DNA of 64,000 nucleotides from the human T2T-CHM13v2.0 reference genome, Homo sapiens. The notes beneath the pieces were generated by a model. It was not told where the DNA came from, ran no database searches, and worked only from the letters and a program-made list of their open reading frames with translations. Numbering within the stretch: position 1 is the first letter of the stretch; the number at the start of each line of letters is the position of its first letter. The stretch lies in assembly GCF_009914755.1 (NCBI RefSeq), contig NC_060926.1; one strand, given 5' to 3'. Positions 57,411 through 64,000 of the stretch are shown piece by piece. The position numbers and the translations under genes were made by a program.

Positions 57411-58867
57411 TGAAACTAAAAGTTTAAATCTGTGCTTTTTTCAAGGAAAGAAGGAGCAAATGGTAAATGTTCCTAAGCTAAGTGGTAGGGGTATAAAAGT
57501 GAGAAAATGAAATAAGGAAAGTTGAAATTCAAGGAGAATGAGTTGAAGACTACTTGTATACCTCATCTCTTCTACACAATATATTTATTTCTATTGGAGA
57601 ATTTTTCTCATGCCTTAAGGATTTTGTAAATAAAGGGATGATTCTCTTCCTTGCATGTGAGACAGTTTTCAGCGATTTTCATTTAAATATGTGAGTTATT
57701 TTTCATATTTCTTTCTGATTATACTGTTTTAAACATCTGGGGATAATAGTGGTTGGTTTTAGTCAATATCTGTATAATTTATTCTTTGTTTATATTTTGG
57801 GATAGATATTATGTTAAAATCCTAGTTATGTTCTGGTCGGACAGAAATAAACGCCATTTCTCAATGTAGGGGGACTCTATGAATACAGATACTGGTAAAC
57901 CCAGATTTTTAGTGCTAATAATGAATAACAACATGAGACATTTCACATAGTATAAATATAGTTCAAGAAATCCATCTCCTTATACCAAATTGGATTTCTG
58001 TAATAAGTGTGCTTTACTGACTAATTTTCTTTCAAAATTAACTCTGTTTAAACCGTTCTTGCTTTTTGTCATATTTCAAAATGTGTTAGCTAATATTACT
58101 TTAAATAATCAAGGTATCATTTTTATCTTGCAAATTTATGCTGATCAAAAAATCTTCAAATCTGAAATGTTTATAAAAATGACTATGTGACGGAATGGCA
58201 AACATACTCTTTAAAACGTTTTAATTCGAAAAGCTCACAAGGCATTTAGAAAGGTAGTGCCTACAAGAAAATTCTTATCTTCAATATTATTTACCTGTTC
58301 ATTTTGGAATTCATAAAATTTGTGCAATCTTTTTTTTTTTTGAATATGTGTGTCCTTATCAGAAAGGAATAGAAAAATTGAAGGCAGTTTGGAGCTGAAT
58401 AGAAGTTATTAATGAGCTTAACTTTGACTGAAATGACAGATTAATGGCTAAATTTTCTTCTATAGCAAGTCTGTTAGAACTTCTACCTTGCTTCAGTAAA
58501 TTCTTTTTGTCATTACAAATTGGAGGCAAAAGGCAAAGTAGGTTTAATTTCAATTTTGAAACTCAGACCTTAAATCTTTAATGACCTTCACTCAGAACCA
58601 GGATTGGTTGTACTTCTTTGGAGCACTTATAAAAAAAACCTTATGGATAGTGTGCATCATGGAACACATCACATTTTCTCCTTTTTATTGACTGCAAAAA
58701 AGCACTGAACCAAATTCATGGTGGCCTACTTCTAATTGGTGTACTGTACCATGTAGTATGCCTTTTTTGTAATGACCCTGATTTCATCTCATTTTTTTCT
58801 TGTCTATTTTCTGTTTGCAGTGATCTCCTCATCATTTTAGAAGTCCTGTTGTGATAATAGTAAAAGT

Positions 58868-58985
58868 AATAATTATTCATATTTATTTAGTTCTGTTTAT
58901 AAGCACTCTACATGTTTCATTAAGTTTAATGTTTAACATCCCTTTGTGATAGTTACTCTCATTATCCCCATTTTACTGATGAAGT
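58868..58985 (-). mobile_element. MIR fragment
   Basis: taagcactctacatg...cattatccccattttactgatgaag. Confidence 0.65.
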
Positions 58986-58989
58986 AGAG

Positions 58990-59213
58990 TAGTGCTACTC
59001 AAAGCACTAGACTGAGAGGAGTTTAGCAGCTTGTACCAGAATTAAATCAACTTACTGCTTCCTTCATCAAGAAAGTCATGCTGTGAAAAAAGTGTCAGCC
59101 GAACTAAACAATGTGCTTAATGATCTGCATTCTGATGCAAGAAACTTACCTCGGCACAAACTGGCAACAGACACTTCATTGTCAGCCTGGACATCAAACT
59201 TTGAGTAGCACTG
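58990..59213. mobile_element. hAT-Charlie non-autonomous DNA transposon (MITE)
   Basis: TIRs agtgctactcaaag ... ctttgagtagcactg. Confidence 0.8.
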
Positions 59214-59221
59214 TTCCAGAA

Positions 59222-59424
59222 CAGTGTTTCTCAAACTATCTGTGGTGAAGGACTTTTATGCATGTGTTTAAATGTTTAGCACTTATGGGCTGAGACTTTG
59301 ATAAAGTAAAAACGTTGTGGTAATGTGAAAAGTTTCTAAGTACTTTAATGTAATGACCTTGTCTTGAACAAGTAACAGTGACTTTAAGGACTGGCATAGG
59401 TAGACCCTGTTTTGAGTAGCACTG
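59222..59424. mobile_element. Second hAT-Charlie MITE
   Basis: TIRs cagtgtttctcaaa ... tttgagtagcactg. Confidence 0.78.
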
Positions 59425-60053
59425 GTATAGAGTGAATTAGTGTATCAATTGTGATTGATTCTAGATCCTAGGGAGAATCACAGTGCCTTATTCAGCATCA
59501 ACACATGAGAGTTGCCTAATTTGCGTAAATGTAAACCTATAGCCACATTGGTGGGGAATAGCAGAGCAAATATCTAGGTATTAATCCTGTGGCATCAGCA
59601 CCTTAGGTTTATCTGGTTTGCATATAGCCAGTCACAGCAAGGGAGTGAGTAGGCAGTATACCTATAGGTATAGAACCAGTTACAGGAAGGGAGTTCCCCA
59701 CTACAGTGTTTAAAAATTCCGAGCTTTCATGCACAATGAAAGCATGTTTCTTTCCTTCCCTCACACTCAAAGGTTGTGAACATCCTACAAGAGACCATTG
59801 TAGACATCCACCTAGAGGTTCCAGTACTGTGGCTGTTTACCTTATCTCAAAGGAATACGTATGTGTATATGTAGGATGTGTAGTAAAAGGAAAGTTTGGC
59901 CTGGATAGATTGAATAACTTTCTATGGGATTTTTTTTCCTTTAGGTAAATAATCCTATGATAAATATAAGTAATCTGGATAGGATATCCTTATCAATTTC
60001 TATAATATTATGTTAAAGGCAGTGGAAAAATATGATGTAACTTGTATGTCTTA

Positions 60054-60389
<336 letters not shown>

Positions 60390-60554
60390 TTAATGTGAGA
60401 ACACTGAAGCACAGAAAGGTGACAAGAGCTAATGAGGGACTGAGCCAGGGTTTCAGCTCAGCCAGGATTTGAGCTCAGGGAACTGTCTCCAATAGCCTAA
60501 TTATTTTTCTTTGTTTTTAACTTTTAGTTATTTTAGACTATTACAAAAAAAAAG

Positions 60555-60828
60555 TTTTTTGTTTTTGTTTTTTGTTTTGTTTTGTTTTGAGTCAGGGTCT
60601 CTCTTTGTCACCCAGGCTGGAGTGCAGTCATCTTGGCTCACTGCAACCTCCACCTCCTGGACTCAAGTGATCTTCCCACCTCAGCCTTCTAAGTAGCTGG
60701 GACTACAAGCACATGCCACCATGCCTGGCCAATTTTTTGTGTTTTTTGTAGAGATGGGGTTTCACCATGTTGCCCAGGCTGGTCTTGATCTCTTGAGCTC
60801 AAGCAATCTTCCCACCTCGGCCTCCTGA
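60555..60828 (-). mobile_element. Alu (AluJ-like), 5'-truncated
   Basis: (TTTTG)n tail, cttgagctcaagcaatc, ends at ctcggcctcc. Confidence 0.93.
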
Positions 60829-60856
60829 ATAAAAGTTTTAAAATAAGTATAATTCC

Positions 60857-61262
60857 TGCTGTGGTTTGAGTATGTCACCAGAATTCATGTGTTGGAAATA
60901 TGGTCCCTGGTATGGCAGTGTTGGGAGGTGGGGCCTTAAGGTGGTTAAGAGGGATTAATGCTGCTCTTGCAGGACTCGGTAATTCTCATGGGAGTGAGTT
61001 GTCACTATTGTAGAACTGAATTGGTACCATGAGAGCAAGTTGTTATAAAGTGAGGCTACCCTTTGTGTTTTGCCCACTTCCTTTTTGACTTCTGTGCTAT
61101 GTTACAACGTGGGACAAGACTTTCACCAGAAACCAACCAGTTGTGGCTGCCCAATCTTGGGCTTCCCGGTCTCCAGAACTGTGAATCAGAATAAACCTTT
61201 TTTCTCTGTAAATTACCCAGGCTCAGGTATTCTGTTATAGCAATAAAAAATGGACTATGACA
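60857..61262 (+). mobile_element. MaLR solo LTR (MSTC/MSTD-like)
   Basis: tgctgtggtttga...gtgttgggaggtggggcct...ctccagaactgtga...aaattacccag..tcaggtattctgttatagca...tggactatgaca. Confidence 0.9.
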
Positions 61263-61895
61263 GTTCTCAAATACTTTTCCCCTGGCTTCCCTGAATGTTA
61301 ACATCTTACATTACCATAGAATAATTATTGAAATCTCAAAATTGACATTGATACTGTTAACTGCTCTACAGAGCTTATTCAAATTTCACCAGAATTTTAG
61401 TTTTTCTATTAATATCCTTTTTCTGGTCCATGATCCAATCCAAGAGCACATACTGCATTTAGCTGTCATTTTATTTTAGTCTCTTTAAATCTGTGGTAAT
61501 TCCTTAGTCTTTCTCTGTCTTTCACGGCCTTGATACTTTAAAGAGTACTAGTCAATTATTTTGTAGAATGTCTGTTAATTTGAGTTCATCTGATGTCTTC
61601 TCATGATTACATTGAGATTTTAAAGTTTAAACTAGAATATTACAGAAGTGATGTGCTCCTTCTCAGTGAATCATACTGGGGCTACATGATTCTAACATGA
61701 CTCAATTACTGGTAATGTTCACCTTGATCACTTGGCTGAAGTGGTGGATCCTAGGATCCTCCATTACAACACTACTGTTTTCCCCTTTGTAATTAATATT
61801 AATAAATATCTTGTTGAGACGTACTTTGAGACTATACAAATATCCCATTTCTCATTATACTTTCCCTCTCAGATTTTACATTCCACTGATTCCAT
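61263..61895 (-). mobile_element. LINE-1 3' region (L1MC4/5-like)
   Basis: atgatccaatcca...tgcatttagctgtcat...ttattttgtagaatgtc...tctgatgtcttctcatgatta...ccttgatcacttgg. Confidence 0.8.
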
Positions 61896-61998
61896 CGCCT
61901 ACATTCTTTTTAAAAAACTTCATTTCAATAGTTTTCGGGGTACAGATGGTTTTTGGTCACATGGATAAGTTCTTTAGTGGTGATTTCTGAGATTTTAG

Positions 61999-62433
<435 letters not shown>

Positions 62434-62484
62434 TAGCTCCCACTTTTAAGTGACAACATACGATATTTAGTTTTCCATTCCTGA

Positions 62485-62869
<385 letters not shown>

Positions 62870-62989
62870 TAGTATTTCACGTCCTACATTCTTAATCGTT
62901 ACATTGGACTTTTGTAAATTATCTGAAAGTAAAAAGGTACTTCAACTGAGGGCTGAGAGATCTGCCTCCTAAAACCATCTGGGGCTCTT

Positions 62990-63195
62990 GCTCCCTCCAG
63001 CTGTTCCCTCCTCCTGGACTGTTCTTCCCTCAGATTTTATCTTTTGGTTGGGTCCCTCACTTCAAGTGTTTACACAAATTTGACCTTGTTAGTGAGACCT
63101 CCTTGACCACCCTATTTAATAATACTGCAAACCAATCTGTCCAACCTGCTTACTCTGCCCACCCCCCATCTTCTAATAGTACTGTACTTTGTGCT
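62990..63195 (+). mobile_element. L2 fragment
   Basis: gctgttccctc.tcctgga.tgttcttccc...agtgagacctccttgaccaccctattta. Confidence 0.65.
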
Positions 63196-63489
63196 TACCT
63201 AGGCTGTCCCTCTTGTAGCTCCTTGTAATTTCAGACTTTAGAACAGGTATGAATGAAAACGTTCTGAGAACTTTCTCTGCTTGTGGGTGGAGGAAGGAGT
63301 GCACAGTGAAATTGTTCTTCCAATTGCGTCTTCCTTACGTCAGCCATGACACTTGTAGTCACTGCTGCTACCACTTACCAAGGAACTCAGACTCCAGGCT
63401 GCCACTACCTTGCAGGACAATATTAGCTGATGCTTGACCATGTCTATGTAATTTTGTACACAAGACAAAAAAGGGGCAAAAAGTTACTA

Positions 63490-63681
63490 GCTCCTCCCCT
63501 TAGCCAACATTTTGACTTTGGACAAATAAGTTCACCTTTCTGTTTCTCATTTTCTTTATAAACTGAGGCTAATAAATCATAGGTTTGCTGTAGGGATGAA
63601 ATAAGAAAACATATAAAGCACTTAGCATAGCACCTGGCATGTTGTAAGCATTAAATGAGTGGCAGCCATTATTATTATTAT
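63490..63681 (+). mobile_element. MIR SINE
   Basis: tgactttggacaa...ctgtttctcat...taaagcacttagcatagcacctggcat...taagca...gccattattatt. Confidence 0.75.
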
Positions 63682-64000
63682 CTAGCTTTTATGGATGTAT
63701 TTTACACATGGCACAAAATTGTACTTTCATTTATCTCATTTTGACAGTATACCTCTTCTTCTGACCTACAGGTACCTAAATTTAAAGAACAGTTTTTCCT
63801 ACCCTTTCATTGTTGCTAGCCTTTCAAGAGTCTCCTACTTTTTTTGTGCTTTCTCAATTCCTGTATGATGTTTCTAAACTACAATAAATTAAAGCTAGTA
63901 TTTCTTCTCTATTGGAAGGCCAGCTGGTTAAAGACAACATCAAAATATCTATACCTAAATCTGTATGAAATTTTGAAAGACATGATGTATAGTCAACTTA

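Overview
AT-rich primate (human-like) genomic DNA with no recognisable protein-coding gene, RNA gene or CpG island. It is most consistent with the interior of a large intron, tentatively of a gene transcribed on the + strand, or with intergenic DNA. It holds about 31 Alu elements (J, S and Y families plus one free monomer, many with visible target-site duplications, TSDs), a ~6 kb old LINE-1 at 14.5-20.5 kb that lacks its reverse-transcriptase domain, several other L1/HAL1, L2 and MIR relics, three MaLR solo LTRs, Tigger and hAT-Charlie DNA-transposon remnants, and microsatellites. The ORFs in the supplied track that I can place are Alu read-throughs or L1 fragments; the rest look like chance ORFs. 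I found no new multi-gene system. The best second-look items are a templated-insertion repair scar in the L1, the RT-domain deletion at an Alu doublet, back-to-back hAT MITEs, a CTCF-like motif cluster, a consensus RFX X-box, and candidate cryptic exons or recursive splice sites. Subfamily calls come from recalled consensus features and should be confirmed with RepeatMasker/Dfam. Boundaries of old elements are approximate.
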